From the NCBI RefSeq assembly GCF_009914755.1, contig NC_060936.1: a stretch of 64,000 bases of DNA, one strand, 5' to 3'. Of the stretch, positions 13,501 through 27,700 are shown one piece after another (position 1 is the stretch's first letter; each line of letters opens with the position of its first letter). The DNA is from the human T2T-CHM13v2.0 reference genome, Homo sapiens. The position numbers were made by a program, and so were the translations under genes. The notes below the pieces were generated by a model. That model did not search any database, was not told the origin of the DNA, and was given only the letters and a program-made list of their open reading frames with translations.

Positions 13501-15289
13501 TACAGACAGAGTGTTTCCAAACTACTCTATGAAAAGAAAGCTTAAACTCCTTGAGTTGAACGCACACATCACAAAGTAGTTTCTGAGAATGATTCTGTCT
13601 AGTTTTTATACGAAGATGTTTCCTTTTCTACATTTGGTCTCAAAGCGATTGAAATCTCCAACTGGAAAATGCACAAATAGGGTGTTTCAAATCTGCTCTG
13701 TCTAAAGGAAGGTTCAACTCTGTGAGTTGAATACACACACCACAAATAAGTTACTGAGAATTCTTCTGTCGAACATTACTTGAAGAAATCCCGTTTCCAA
13801 AGAAGGCCTCAAAGAGGTCCAAATATCCACTTGCAGACATTACAAACAGAGTGTTTCCAAACTGCTCCATCAAAAGAAAGGTTAAACTCTGTGAGCTGAA
13901 CACACACATGAAAAAGAAGTTTCTGTGAATGATTCTGTCTAGATTTTATAAGAAGATGTTTCCTTTTCTACAGTAGGCCTCAAAGCGCTTGAAATCTCCA
14001 GCTGCAAATTCCACAAAAAGGGTGTTTAACATCTGCTGTTCTAAAGGAAAGTTCAAATCAATGAGTTGAATACACACAGCACAAAGAAGTTACTGAGACT
14101 TCTCCTATCAAACATCATATGAAGAAATCCCGTTTCCAACGAAGGCCTCAAAGAGGTCCAAATATCTGCTTGCAGACTTTACAAAGACAGTGTCTCCAAA
14201 CTCCTCCATCAAAAGAAAGGTTATACTCTGTGAATTGAACGCACACATCACAAAGTAGTTTCTGAGAATGATTCTGTCTAGTTTTTATACGAAGATATTT
14301 TTTTTTCTACATTTGGCCTAAAAGCGCTTGAAATCTCCACCTGCAAATATCACAAAAAGAGGGTTTCACATCTGCTCTTTCTAAAGGACAGTTCACCTCT
14401 GTGAGTTGAATAGAGGCAACACAAAGAACTTACTCAGTATTCTTCTTTCTAGCGTTCTATGAAGAAATCCCGTTTCCAACGAAGGCCCCAAAGAGGTCCA
14501 AATATCTGCTTGCAGACTTTACAGACAGAGTGTTTCCAAACTACTCTATGAAAAGAAAGCTTAAACTCCTTGAGTTGAACGCACACATCACAAAGTAGTT
14601 TCTGAGAATGATTCTGTCTAGTTTTTATACGAAGATGTTTCCTTTTCTACATTTGGTCTCAAAGCGATTGAAATCTCCAACTGGAAACTGCACAAATAGG
14701 GTGTTTCAAATCTGCTCTGTCTAAAGGAAGGTTCAACTCTGTGAGTTGAATACACACACCACAAATAAGTTACTGAGAATTCTTCTGTCGAAAATTACTT
14801 GAAGAAATCCCGTATCCAACGAAGGCCTCAAAGAGGTCCAAATATCCACTTGCAGACATTACAAACAGAGTGTTTCCAAACTGCTCCATCAAAAGAAAGG
14901 TTAAACTCTGTGAGCTGAACACACACATCAAAAAGAAGTTTCTGTGAATGATTCTGTCTAGATTTTATAAGAAGATGTTTCCTTTTCTACCGTAGGCCAC
15001 AAAGCGCTTGAAAACTCCAGCTGCAAATTCCACAAAAAGGGTGTTTAACATCTGCTCTTCTAAAGGAAAGTTCAACTCTATGCGTTGAATACACACAGCA
15101 CAAAGAAGTTACTGAGACTTCTCCTATCAAACATTATATGAAGAAATCCCGTTTCCAACGAAGGCCTCAAAGAGGTCCAAATATCTGCTTGCAGACTTTA
15201 CAGACAGAGTTTTTCCAAACTGCTCCATCAAAAGAAAGGTTAAACTCCTTGAGTTGAACACACACATCACAAAGTAGTTTCTGTGAATG
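10534..15289. repeat. Tandem duplication of a 14-monomer variant (A-B-C-D-B-C-D), period 2378 bp
   Basis: The units 10534-12911 and 12912-15289 share CACAAGAAG, GAATGTTC, GTGGAACATT, CCAAGTATCC, CAATGTC, AAAACAAAGG, GCCTTTTA, GAAAATGCAC, ACAGTAGG, a T9 run, CCCGTATCC and GAAAACTCC. Confidence 0.93.
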
Positions 15290-15629
15290 ATTCTGTCTAG
15301 TTTTTATACGAAGATGTTTCCTTTTCTACCTTTGGTCTCAAAGCGATTGAAATCTCCACATGGAAACTCCACAAAAAGAGTGTTTCAAATCTGCTCTTTC
15401 TGAAGGAAGGTTCAACTCTGTGAGTTGAATACACACACCACAAATAAGTTACTGAGAATTCTTCTGTGTAACATTATATGAGGAAATCCCGTTTCCAACG
15501 AAGGCCTCAAAGAGGTCCAAATATCCACTTGCAGACTTTACAAAGACAGTGTCTCCAAACTCCTCCATCAAAAGAAAGGTTAAACTCCTTGAGTTGAACA
15601 CACACATCACAAAGTAGTTTCTGTGAATG

Positions 15630-18600
15630 ATTCTGTCTAGTTTTTATACGAAGATGTTTCCTTTTCTACCTTTCGTCTCAAAGCGATTGAAATCTCCACA
15701 TGGAAACTCCACAAAAAGAGTGTTTCAAATCTGCTCTTTCTGAAGGAAGGTTCAACTCTGTGAGTTGAATACACACACCACAAATAAGTTACTGAGAATT
15801 CTACTGTGTAACATTATATGAGGAAATCCCGTTTCCAACGAAGGCCTCAAAGAGGTCCAAATATCCACTTGCAGACTTTACAAAGACAGTTTCTCCAAAC
15901 TCCTCCATCAAAAGAAAGGTTATACTCTGTGAATTGAACGCACACATCACAAAGTAGTTTCTGAGAATGATTCTGTCTAGTTTTTATACGAAGATATTTC
16001 CTTTTCTACATTTGGCCTAAAAGCGCTTGAAATCTCCACCTGCAAATATCACAAAAAGAGGGTTTCACATCTGCTCTGTCTAAAGGACAGTTCACCTCTG
16101 TGAGTTGAATAGAGGCAACACAAAGAACTTACTCAGTATTCTTCTTTCTAGCGCTCTATGAAGAAATCCCGTTTCCAACGAAGGCCTCAAAGAGGTCCAA
16201 ATATCTGCTTGCAGACTTTACAGACAGAGTGTTTCCAAACTACTCTATGAAAAGAAAGCTTAAACTCCTTGAGTTGAACGCACACATCACAAAGTAGTTT
16301 CTGAGAATGATTCTGTCTAGTTTTTATACGAAGATGTTTCCTTTTCTACATTTGGTCTCAAAGCGATTGAAATCTCCAACTGGAAACTGCACAAATAGGG
16401 TGTTTCAAATCTGCTCTTTCTAAAGGAAGGTTCAACTCTGTGAGTTGAATACACACACCACAAATATGTTACTGAGAATTCTTCTGTCGAACATTACATG
16501 AAGAAATCCCGTTTCCAACGAAGGCCTCAAAGAGGTCCAAATATCCACTTGCAGACATTACAAACAGTGTGTTTCCAAACTGCTCCATCAAAAGAAAGGT
16601 TAAACTCTGTGAGCTGAACACACATCAAAAAGAAGTTTCTGTGAATGATTCTGTCTAGATTTTATAAGAAGATGTTTCCTTTTCTACCGTAGGCCACAAA
16701 GCGCTTGAAATCTCCAGCTGCAAATTCCACAAAAAGGGTGTTTAACATCTGCTCTTCTAAAGGAAAGTTCAACTGTATGAGTTGAATACACACAGCACAA
16801 AGAAGTTACTGAGACTTCTCCTATCAAACATTATATGAAGAAATCCCGTTTCCAACGAAGGCCTCAAAGAGGTCCAAATATCTGCTTGCAGACTTTACAG
16901 ACAGAGTGTTTCCAAACTGCTCCATCAAAAGAAAGGTTAAATTCCTTGAGTTGAACACACACATCACAAAGTAGTTTCTGTGAATGATTCTGTCTAGTTT
17001 TTATACGAAGATGTTTCCTTTTCTACCTTTGGTCTCAATGCGATTGAAATCTCCACATGGAAACTCCACAAAAAGAGTGTTTCAAATCTGCTCTTTCTGA
17101 AGGAAGGTTCAACTCTGTGAGTTGAATACACACACCACTAATAAGTTACTGAGAATTCTTCTGTGTAACATTATATGAGGAAATCCCGTTTCCAACGAAG
17201 GCCTCAAAGAGGTCCAAATATCCACTTGCAGACTTTACAAAGACAGTGTCTCCAAACTCCTCCATCAAAAGAAAGGTTATACTCTGTGAATTGAACGCAC
17301 ACATCACAAAGTAGTTTCTGAGAATGATTCTGTCTAGTTTTTATACGAAGATATTTCCTTTTCTACATTTGGCCTAAAAGCGCTTGAAATCTCCACCTGC
17401 AAATATCACAAAAAGAGGTTTTCACATCTGCTCTGTCTAAAGGACAGTTCACCACTGTGAGTTGAATAGAGGCAACACAAAGAACTTACTCAGTATTCTT
17501 CTTTCTAGCGTTCTATGAAGAAATCCCGTTTCCAACGAAGGCCGCAAAGAGGTCAAATATCTGCTTGCAGACTTTACAGACAGAGTGTTTCCAAACTACT
17601 CTATGAAAAGAAAGCTTAAACTCCTTGAGTTGAACGCACACATCACAAAGTAGTTTCTGAGAATGATTCTGTCTAGTTTTTATACGAAGATGTTTCCTTT
17701 TCTACATTTGGTCTCAAAGCGATTGAAATCTCCAACTGGAAACTGCACAAATAGGGTGTATCAAATCTGCTCTGTCTAAAGAAGGTTCAACTCTGTGAGT
17801 TGAATACACACACCACAAATAAGTTACTGAGAATTCTTCTGTCGAACATTACTTGAAGAAATCCCGTTTCCAACGAAGGCCTCAAAGAGGTCCAAATATC
17901 TGCTTGCAGACTTTACAGACAGAGTGTTTCCAAACTACTCTATGAAAAGAAAGCTTAAACTCCTTGAGTTGAACGCACACATCACAAAGTAGTTTCTGAG
18001 AATGATTCTGTCTAGTTTTTATACGAAGATGTTTCCTTTTCTACATTTGGTCTCAAAGCGATTGAAATCTCCAACTGGAAACTGCACAAATAGGGTGTTT
18101 CAAATCTGCTCTGTCTAAAGGAAGGTTCAACTCTGTGAGTTGAATACACACACCACAAATAAGTTACTGAGAATTCTTCTGTCGAACATTACAGGAAGAA
18201 ATCCCGTTTCCAACGAAGGCCTCAAAGAGGTCCAAATATCCACTTGCAGACATTACAAACAGAGTGTTTCCAAACTGCTCCATCAAAAGAAAGGTTAAAC
18301 TCTGTGAGCTGAACACACACATCAAAAAGAAGTTTCTGTGAATGATTCTGTCTAGATTTTATAAGAAGATGTTTCCTTTTCTACCGTAGGCCTCAAAGCG
18401 CTTGAAATCTCCAGCTGCAAATTCCACAAAAAGGGTGTTTAACATCTGCTCTTCTAAAGGAAAGTTCAACTCTATGAGTTGAATACACACAGCACAAAGA
18501 AGTTACTGAGACTTCTCCCATCAAACATTATATGAAGAAATCCCGTTTCCAACGAAGGCCTCAAAGAGGTCCAAATATCTGCTTGCAGACTTTACAGACA

Positions 18601-21600
18601 GAGTGTTTCCAAACTGCTCCATCAAAAGAAAGGTTAAACTCCTTGAGTTGAACACACACATCACAAAGTAGTTTCTGAGAATGATTCTGTCTAGTTTTTA
18701 TACGAAGATGTTTCCTTTTCTACATTTGGTCTCAAAGCGATTGAAATCTCCAACTGGAAACTGCACAAATAGGGTGTTTCAAATCTGCTCTGTCTAAAGG
18801 AAGGTTCAACTCTGTGAGTTGAATACACACACCACAAATAAGTTACTGAGAATTCTTCTGTCGAACATTACTTGAAGAAATCCCGTTTCCAAAGAAGGCC
18901 TCAAAGAGGTCCAAATATCCACTTGCAGACATTACAAACAGAGTGTTTCCAAACTGCTCCATGAAAAGAAAGGTTAAACTCTGTGAGCTGAACACACACA
19001 TCAAAAAGAAGTTTCTGTGAATGATTCTGTCTAGATTTTATAAGAAGATGTTTCCTTTTCTACCGTTGGCCTCAAAGCGCTTGAAATCTCCAGCTGCAAA
19101 TTCCACAAAAAGGGTGTTTAACATATGCTCTTCTAAAGGAAAGTTCAACTCAATGAGTTGAATACACACAGCACAAAGAAGTTACTGAGACTTCTCCTAT
19201 CAAACATCATATGAAGAAATCCCGTTTCCAACGAAGGCCTCAAAGAGGTCCAAATATCTGCTTGCAGACTTTACAAAGACAGTGTCTCCAAACTCCTCCA
19301 TCAAAAGAAAGGTTAAACTCCTTGAGTTGAACCCACACATCACAAAGTAGTTTCTGTGAATGATTCTGTCTAGTTTTTATACGAAGATGTTTCCTTTTCT
19401 ACCTTTCGTCTCAAAGCGATTGAAATCTCCACATGGAAACTCCACAAAAAGAGTGTTTCAAATCTGCTCTTTCTGAAGGAAGGTTCAACTCTGTGAGTTG
19501 AATACACACACCACAAATAAGTTACTGAGAATTCTACTGTGTAACATTATATGAGGAAATCCCGTTTCCAACGAAGGCCTCAAAGAGGTCCAAATATCCA
19601 CTTGCAGACTTTACAAAGACAGTTTCTCCAAACTCCTCCATCAAAAGAAAGGTTATACTCTGTGAATTGAACGCACACATCACAAAGTAGTTTCTGAGAA
19701 TGATTCTGTCTAGTTTTTATACGAAGATATTTCCTTTTCTACATTTGGCCTAAAAGCGCTTGAAATCTCCACCTGCAAATATCACAAAAGGAGGGTTTCA
19801 CATCTGCTCTGTCTAAAGGACAGTTCACCTCTGTGAGTTGAATAGAGGCAACACAAAGAACTTACTCAGTATTCTTCTTTCTAGCGCTCTATGAAGAAAT
19901 CCCGTTTCCAACGAAGGCCTCAAAGAGGTCCAAATATCTGCTTGCAGACTTTACAGACAGAGTGTTTCCAAACTACTCTATGAAAAGAAAGCTTAAACTC
20001 CTTGAGTTGAACGCACACATCACAAAGTAGTTTCTGAGAATGATTCTGTCTAGTTTTTATACGAAGATGTTTCCTTTTCTACATTTGGTCTCAAAGCGAT
20101 TGAAATCTCCAACTGGAAACTGCACAAATAGGGTGTTTCAAATCTGCTCTTTCTAAAGGAAGGTTCAACTCTGTGAGTTGAATACACACACCACAAATAA
20201 GTTACTGAGAATTCTTCTGTCGAACATTACATGAAGAAATCCCGTTTCCAACGAAGGCCTCAAAGAGGTCCAAATATCCACTTGCAGACATTACAAACAG
20301 TGTGTTTCCAAACTGCTCCATCAAAAGAAAGGTTAAACTCTGTGAGCTGAACACACATCAAAAAGAAGTTTCTGTGAATGATTCTGTCTAGATTTTATAA
20401 GAAGATGTTTCCTTTTCTACTGTAGGCCACAAAGCGCTTGAAATCTCCAGCTGCAAATTCCACAAAAAGGGTGTTTAACATCTGCTCTTCTAAAGGAAAG
20501 TTCAACTCTATGCGTTGAATACACACAGCACAAAGAAGTTACTGAGACTTCTCCTATCAAACATTATATGAAGAAATCCCGTTTCCAACGAAGGCCTCAA
20601 AGAGGTCCAAATATCTGCTTGCAGACTTTACAGACAGAGTGTTTCCAAACTGCTCCATCAAAAGAAAGGTTAAATTCCTTGAGTTGAACACACACATCAC
20701 AAAGTAGTTTCTGTGAATGATTCTGTCTAGTTTTTATACGAAGATGTTTCCTTTTCTACCTTTGGTCTCAATGCGATTGAAATCTCCACATGGAAACTCC
20801 ACAAAAAGAGTGTTTCAAATCTGCTCTTTCTGAAGGAAGGTTCAACTCTGTGAGTTGAATACACACACCACTAATAAGTTACTGAGAATTCTTCTGTGTA
20901 ACATTATATGAGGAAATCCCGTTTCCAACGAAGGCCTCAAAGAGGTCCAAATATCCACTTGCAGACTTTACAAAGACAGTGTCTCCAAACTCCTCCATCA
21001 AAAGAAAGGTTATACTCTGTGAATTGAACGCACACATCACAAAGTAGTTTCTGAGAATGATTCTGTCTAGTTTTTATACGAAGATATTTCCTTTTCTACA
21101 TTTGGCCTAAAAGCGCTTGAAATCTCCACCTGCAAATATCACAAAAAGAGGTTTTCACATCTGCTCTGTCTAAAGGACAGTTCACCTCTGTGAGTTGAAT
21201 AGAGGCAACACAAAGAACTTACTCAGTATTCTTCTTTCTAGCGTTCTATGAAGAAATCCCGTTTCCAACGAAGGCCGCAAAGAGGTCAAATATCTGCTTG
21301 CAGACTTTACAGACAGAGTGTTTCCAAACTACTCTATGAAAAGAAAGCTTAAACTCCTTGAGTTGAACGCACACATCACAAAGTAGTTTCTGAGAATGAT
21401 TCTGTCTAGTTTTTATACGAAGATGTTTCCTTTTCTACATTTGGTCTCAAAGCGATTGAAATCTCCAACTGGAAACTGCACAAATAGGGTGTATCAAATC
21501 TGCTCTGTCTAAAGAAGGTTCAACTCTGTGAGTTGAATACACACACCACAAATAAGTTACTGAGAATTCTTCTGTCGAACATTACTTGAAGAAATCCCGT

Positions 21601-21910
21601 TTCCAACGAAGGCCTCAAAGAGGTCCAAATATCTGCTTGCAGACTTTACAGACAGAGTGTTTCCAAACTACTCTATGAAAAGAAAGCTTAAACTCCTTGA
21701 GTTGAACGCACACATCACAAAGTAGTTTCTGAGAATGATTCTGTCTAGTTTTTATACGAAGATGTTTCCTTTTCTACATTTGGTCTCAAAGCGATTGAAA
21801 TCTCCAACTGGAAACTGCACAAATAGGGTGTTTCAAATCTGCTCTGTCTAAAGGAAGGTTCAACTCTGTGAGTTGAATACACACACCACAAATAAGTTAC
21901 TGAGAATTCT
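15630..21910. repeat. Direct duplication of a ~2.6-kb block at offset 3733 bp (22 monomers)
   Basis: Blocks starting at 15630 and 19363 share TTTCGTCTC, CTACTGTG, CAGTTTCTCC, GCGCTCT, a 2-bp CA deletion, GGCCAC, TAAATTCC, CTCAATGC, ACCACTAAT, GCCGCAAAGAGGTCAAAT and the C-b hybrid dimer. Confidence 0.88.
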
Positions 21911-24793
21911 TCTGTCGAAAATTACTTGAAGAAATCCCATTTCCAAAGAAGGCCTCAAAGAGGTCCAAATATCCACTTGCACACATTACAATGAGAGTGT
22001 TTCCAAACTGCTCCATCAAAAGAAAGGTTAAACTCTGTGAGCTGAACACACACATCAAAAAGAAGTTTCTGTGAATGATTCTGTCTAGATTTTATAAGAA
22101 GATGTTTCCTTTTCTACCGTAGGCCTCAAAGCGCTTGAAATCTCCAGCTGCAAATTCCACAAAAAGGGTGTTTAACATCTGCTCTTCTAAAGGAAAGTTC
22201 AACTCTATGAGTTGAATACACACAGCACAAAGAAGTTACTGAGACTTCTCCTATCAAACATTATATGAAGAAATCCCGTTTCCAACGAAGGCCTCAAAGA
22301 GGTCCAAATATCCACTTGCAGACTTTACAAAGACAGTGTCTCCAAACTCCTCCATCAAAAGAAAGGTTATACTCTGTGAATTGAACGCACACATCACAAA
22401 ATAGTTTCTGAGAATGATTCTGTCTAGTTTTTATACGAAGATATTTCCTTTTCTACATTTGGCCTAAAAGCGCTTGAAATCTCCACCTGCAAATATCACA
22501 AAAAGAGGGTTTCACATCTGCTCTGTCTAAAGGACAGTTCACCTCTGTGAGTTGAATAGAGGCAACACAAAGAACTTACTCAGTATTCTTCTTTCTAGCG
22601 TTCTATGAAGAAATCCCGTTTCCAACGAAGGCCTCAAAGAGGTCAAATATCTGCTTGCAGACTTTACAGACAGAGTGTTTCCAAACTACTCTATGAAAAG
22701 AAAGCTTAAACTCCTTGAGTTGAACGCACACATCACAAAGTAGTTTCTGAGAATCATTCTGTCTAGTTTTTATACGAAGATGTTTCCCTTTCTACAATTG
22801 GTCTCAAAGCGATTGAAATCTCCAACTGGAAACTGCACAAATAGGCTGTTTCAAATCTGCTCTGTCTAAAAGAGGGTTCAACTCTGTGAGTTGAATACAC
22901 ACACCACAAATAAGTTACTGAGAATTCTTCTGTCGAACATTACAGGAAGAAATCCCGTTTCCAACGAAGGCCTCAAAGAGGTCCAAATATCCACTTGCAG
23001 ACATTACAAACAGTGTGTTTCCCAACTGCTCCATCAAAAGAAAGGTTAAACTCTGTGAGCTGAACACACACATCAAAAAGAAGTTTCTGTGAATGATTCT
23101 GTCTAGATTTTATAAGAAGATGTTTCCTTTTCTACCGTAGGCCTCAAGGCGCTTGAAATCTCCAGCTGCAAATTCCACAAAAAGGGTGTTTAACATCTAC
23201 TCTTCTAAAGGAAAGTTCAACTCTATGAGTTGAATACACACAGCACAAAGAAGTTACTGAGACTTCTCCTATCAAACATTATATGAAGAAATCCCGTTTC
23301 CAACGAAGGCCTCAAAGAGGTCCAAATATCTGCTTGCAGACTTTACAGACAGAGTGTTTCCAAACTGCTCCATCAAAAGAAAGGTTAAACTCCTTGAGTT
23401 GAACACACACATCACAAAGTAGTTTCTGTGAATGATTCTGTCTAGTTTTTATACGAAGATGTTTCCTTTTCTACCTTTGGTCTCAAAGCGATTGAAATCT
23501 CCACATGGAAACTCCACAAAAAGAGTGTTTCAAATCTGCTCTTTGTGAAGGAAGGTTCAACTCTGTGAGTTGAATACACACACCACAAATAAGTTACTGA
23601 GAATTCTTCTGTGTAACATTATATGAGGAAATCCCGTTTCCAACGAAGGCCTCAAAGAGGTCCAAATATCCACTTGCAGACTTTACAAAGACAGTGTCTC
23701 CAAACTCCTCCATCAAAAGAAAGGTTATACTCTGTGAATTGAACGCACACATCACAAAGTAGTTTCTGAGAATGATTCTGTCTAGTTTTTATACGAAGAT
23801 ATTTCCTTTTATACATTTGGCCTAAAAGCGCTTGAAATCTCCACCTGCAAATATCACAAAAAGAGGGTTTCACATCTGCTCTGTCTAAAGGACAGTTCAC
23901 CTCTGTGAGTTGAATAGAGGCAACACAAAGAACTTACTCAGTATTCTTCTTTCTAGCATTCTATGAAGAAATCCCGTTTCCAACGAAGGCCTCAAAGAGG
24001 TCCAAATATCTGCTTGCAGACTTTACAGACAGAGTTTTTCCAAACTGCTCCATCAAAAGAAAGGTTAAACTCCTTGAGTTGAACACACACATCACAAAGT
24101 AGTTTCTGAGAATGATGCTGTCTAGTTTTTGTACGAAGATGTTTCCTTTTCTACATTTGGTCTCAAAGCGATTGAAATCTCCAACTGGAAACTGCACAAA
24201 TAGGGTGTTTCAAATCTGCTCTGTCTAAAGGAAGGTTCAACTCTGTGAGTTGAATACACACACCACAAATAAGTTACTGAGAATTCTTCTGTCGAACATT
24301 ACAGGAAGAAATCCCGTTTCCAACGAAGGCCTCAAAGAGGTCCAAATATCCACTTGCAGACATTACAAACAGAGTGTTTCCAAACTGCTCCATCAAAAGA
24401 AAGGTTAAACTCTGTGAGCTGAACACACACATCAAAAAGAAGTTTCTGTGAATGATTCTGTCTAGATTTTATAAGAAGATGTTTCCTTTTCTACCGTAGG
24501 CCTCAAAGCGCTTGAAATCTCCAGCTGCAAATTCCACAAAAAGGGTGTTTAACATCTGCTCTTCTAAAGGAAAGTTCAACTCTATGAGTTGAATACACAC
24601 AGCACAAAGAAGTTACTGAGACTTCTCCTATCAAACATTATATGAAGAAATCCCGTTTCCAACGAAGGCCTCAAAGAGGTCCAAATATCTGCTTGCAGAC
24701 TTTACAGACAGAGTGTTTCCAAACTGCTCCATCAAAAGAAAGGTTAAACTCCTTGAGTTGAACACACACATCACAAAGTAGTTTCTGTGAATG

Positions 24794-27700
24794 ATTCTGT
24801 CTAGTTTTTATACGAAGATGTTTCCTTTTCTACCTTTGGTCTGAAAGCGATTGAAATCTCCACATGGAAACTCCACAAAAAGAGTGTTTCAAATCTGCTC
24901 TTTGTGAAGGAAGGTTCAACTCTGTGAGTTGAATACACACACCACAAATAAGTTACTGAGAATTCTTCTGTGTAACATTATATGAGGAAATTCCGTTTCC
25001 AACGAAGGCCTCAAAGAGGTCCAAATATCCACTTGCAGACTTTACAAAGACAGTGTCTCCAAACTCCTCCATCAAAAGAAAGGTTATACTCTGTGAATTG
25101 AATGCACACATCACAAAGTAGTTTCTGAGAATGATTCTGTCTAGTTTTTATACGAAGATATTTCCTTTTCTACATTTGGCCTAAAAGCGCTTGAAATCTC
25201 CACCTGCAAATATCACAAAAAGAGGGTTTCACATCTGCTCTGTCTAAAGGACAGTTCACCTCTGTGAGTTGAATAGAGGCAACACAAGGAACTTACTCAG
25301 TATTCTTCTTTCTAGCGTTCTATGAAGAAATCCCGTTTCCAACGAAGGCCCCAAAGAGGTCCAAATATCTGCTTGCAGACTTTACAGACAGAGTGTTTCC
25401 AAACTACTCTATGAAAAGAAAGCTTAAACTCCTTGAGTTGAACGCACACATCACAAAGTAGTTTCTGAGAATGATTCTGTCTAGTTTTTATACGAAGATG
25501 TTTCCTTTTCTACATTTGGTCTCAAAGCGATTGAAATCTCCACCTGGAAACTGCACAAATAGGGTGTATCAAATCTGCTCTGTCTAAAGAAGGTTCAACT
25601 CTGTGAGTTGAATACACACACCACAAATAAGTTACTGAGAATTCTTCTGTCGAACATTACTTGAAGAAATCCCGTTTCCAACGAAGGCCTCAAAGAGGTC
25701 CAAATATCTGCTTGCAGACTTTACAGACAGAGTGTTTCCAAACTACTCTATGAAAAGAAAGCTTAAACTCCTTGAGTTGAACGCACACATCACAAAGTAG
25801 TTTCTGAGAATGATTCTGTCTAGTTTTTATACGAAGATGTTTCCTTTTCTACATTTGGTCTCAAAGCGATTGAAATCTCCAACTGGAAACTGCACAAATA
25901 GGGTGTTTCAAATCTGCTCTGTCTAAAGGAAGGTTCAACTCTGTGAGTTGAATACACACACCACAAATAAGTTACTGAGAATTCTTCTGTCGAAAATTAC
26001 TTGAAGAAATCCCGTTTCCAACTAAGGCCTCAAAGAGGTCCAAATATCCTCTTGCAGACATTACAAACAGAGTGTTTCCAAACTGCTCCATCAAAAGAAA
26101 GGTTAAACTCTGTGAGCTGAACACACACATCAAAAAGAAGTTTCTGTGAATGATTCTGTCTAGATTTTATAAGAAGATGTTTCCTTTTCTACCGTAGGCC
26201 TCAAAGCGCTTGAAATCTCCAGCTGCAAATTCCACAAAAATGGTGTTTAACATCTGCCCTTCTAAAGGAAAGTTCAACTCTACGAGTTGAATACACACAG
26301 CACAAAGAAGTTACTGATACTTCTCCTATCAAACATTATATGAAGAAATCCCGTTTCCAACGAAGGCCTCAAAGAGGTCCAAATATCTGCTTGCAGACTT
26401 TACAGACAGAGTGTTTCCAAACTGCTCCATCAAAAGAAAGGTTAAACTCCTTGAGTTGAACACACACATCACAAAGTAGTTTCTGTGAATGATTCTGTCT
26501 AGTTTTTATACGAAGATGTTTCCTTTTCTACCTTTGGTCTCAAAGCGATTGAAATCTCCACATGGAAACTCCACAAAAAGAGTGTTTCAAATCTGCTCTT
26601 TCTGAAGGAAGGTTCAACTCTGTGAGTTGAATACACACACCACAAATAAGTTACTGAGAATTCTTCTGTGTAACATTATATGAGGAAATCCCGTTTCCAA
26701 CGAAGGCCTCAAAGAGGTCCAAATATCCACTTGCAGACTTTACAAAGACAGTGTCTCCAAACTCCTCCATCAAAAGAAAGGTTATACTCTGTGAATTGAA
26801 CGCACACATCACAAAGTAGTTTCTGAGAATGATTCTGTCTAGTTTTTATACGAAGATATTTCCTTTTCTACATTTGGCCTAAAAGCGCTTGAAATCTCCA
26901 CCTGCAAATATCACAAAAAGAGGGTTTCACATCTGCTCTGTCTAAAGGACAGTTCACCTCTGTGAGTTGAATAGAGGCAACACAAAGAACTTACTCAGTA
27001 TTCTTCTTTCTAGCATTCTATGAAGAAATCCCGTTTCCAACGAAGGCCCCAAAGAGGTCCAAATATCTGCTTGCAGACTTTACAAAGACAGTGTCTCCAA
27101 ACACCTCCATCAAAAGAAAGGTTATACTCTGTGAATTGAACGCACACATCACAAAGTAGTTTCTGAGAATGATTCTGTCTAGTTTTTATACGAAGATATT
27201 TCCTTTTCTACATTTGGCCTAAAAGCGCTTGAAATCTCCACCTGCAAATATCACAAAAAGAGGGTTTCACATCTGCTCTATCTAAAGGAGAGTTCACCTC
27301 TGTGAGTTGAATAGAGGCAACACAAAGAACTTACTCAGTATTCTTCTTTCTAGCGTTCTATGAAGAAATCCCGTTTCCAACGAAGGCCTCAAAGAGGTCA
27401 AATATCTGCTTGCAGACTTTACAGACAGAGTGTTTCCAAACTACTCTATGAAAAGAAAGCTTAAACTCCTTGAGTTGAACGCACACATCACAAAGTAGTT
27501 TCTGAGAATGATTCTGTCTAGTTTTTATACGAAGATGTTTCCTTTTCTACATTTGGTCTCAAAGCGATTGAAATCTCCAACTGGAAACTGCACAAATAGG
27601 CTGTTTCAAATCTGCTCTGTCTAAAGGAAGGTTCAACTCTGTGAGTTGAATACACACACCACAAATAAGTTACTGAGAATTCTTCTTTCGAACATTACTT

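Noticed and set aside
23652-23900. 82-aa minus-strand ORF, identical at 44709-44957
   Set aside because: This is a chance stop loss (TCTA>TATA) in a duplicated satellite block. The identity reflects the 21057-bp duplication, not coding constraint.
23775-24114. Apparent single-monomer conversion (b replaced by d in a normal-length 8-mer)
   Set aside because: It is more simply explained as the junction of two duplicated blocks: the B>d end of the block also seen at 44832 joined to the C also seen at 30908.
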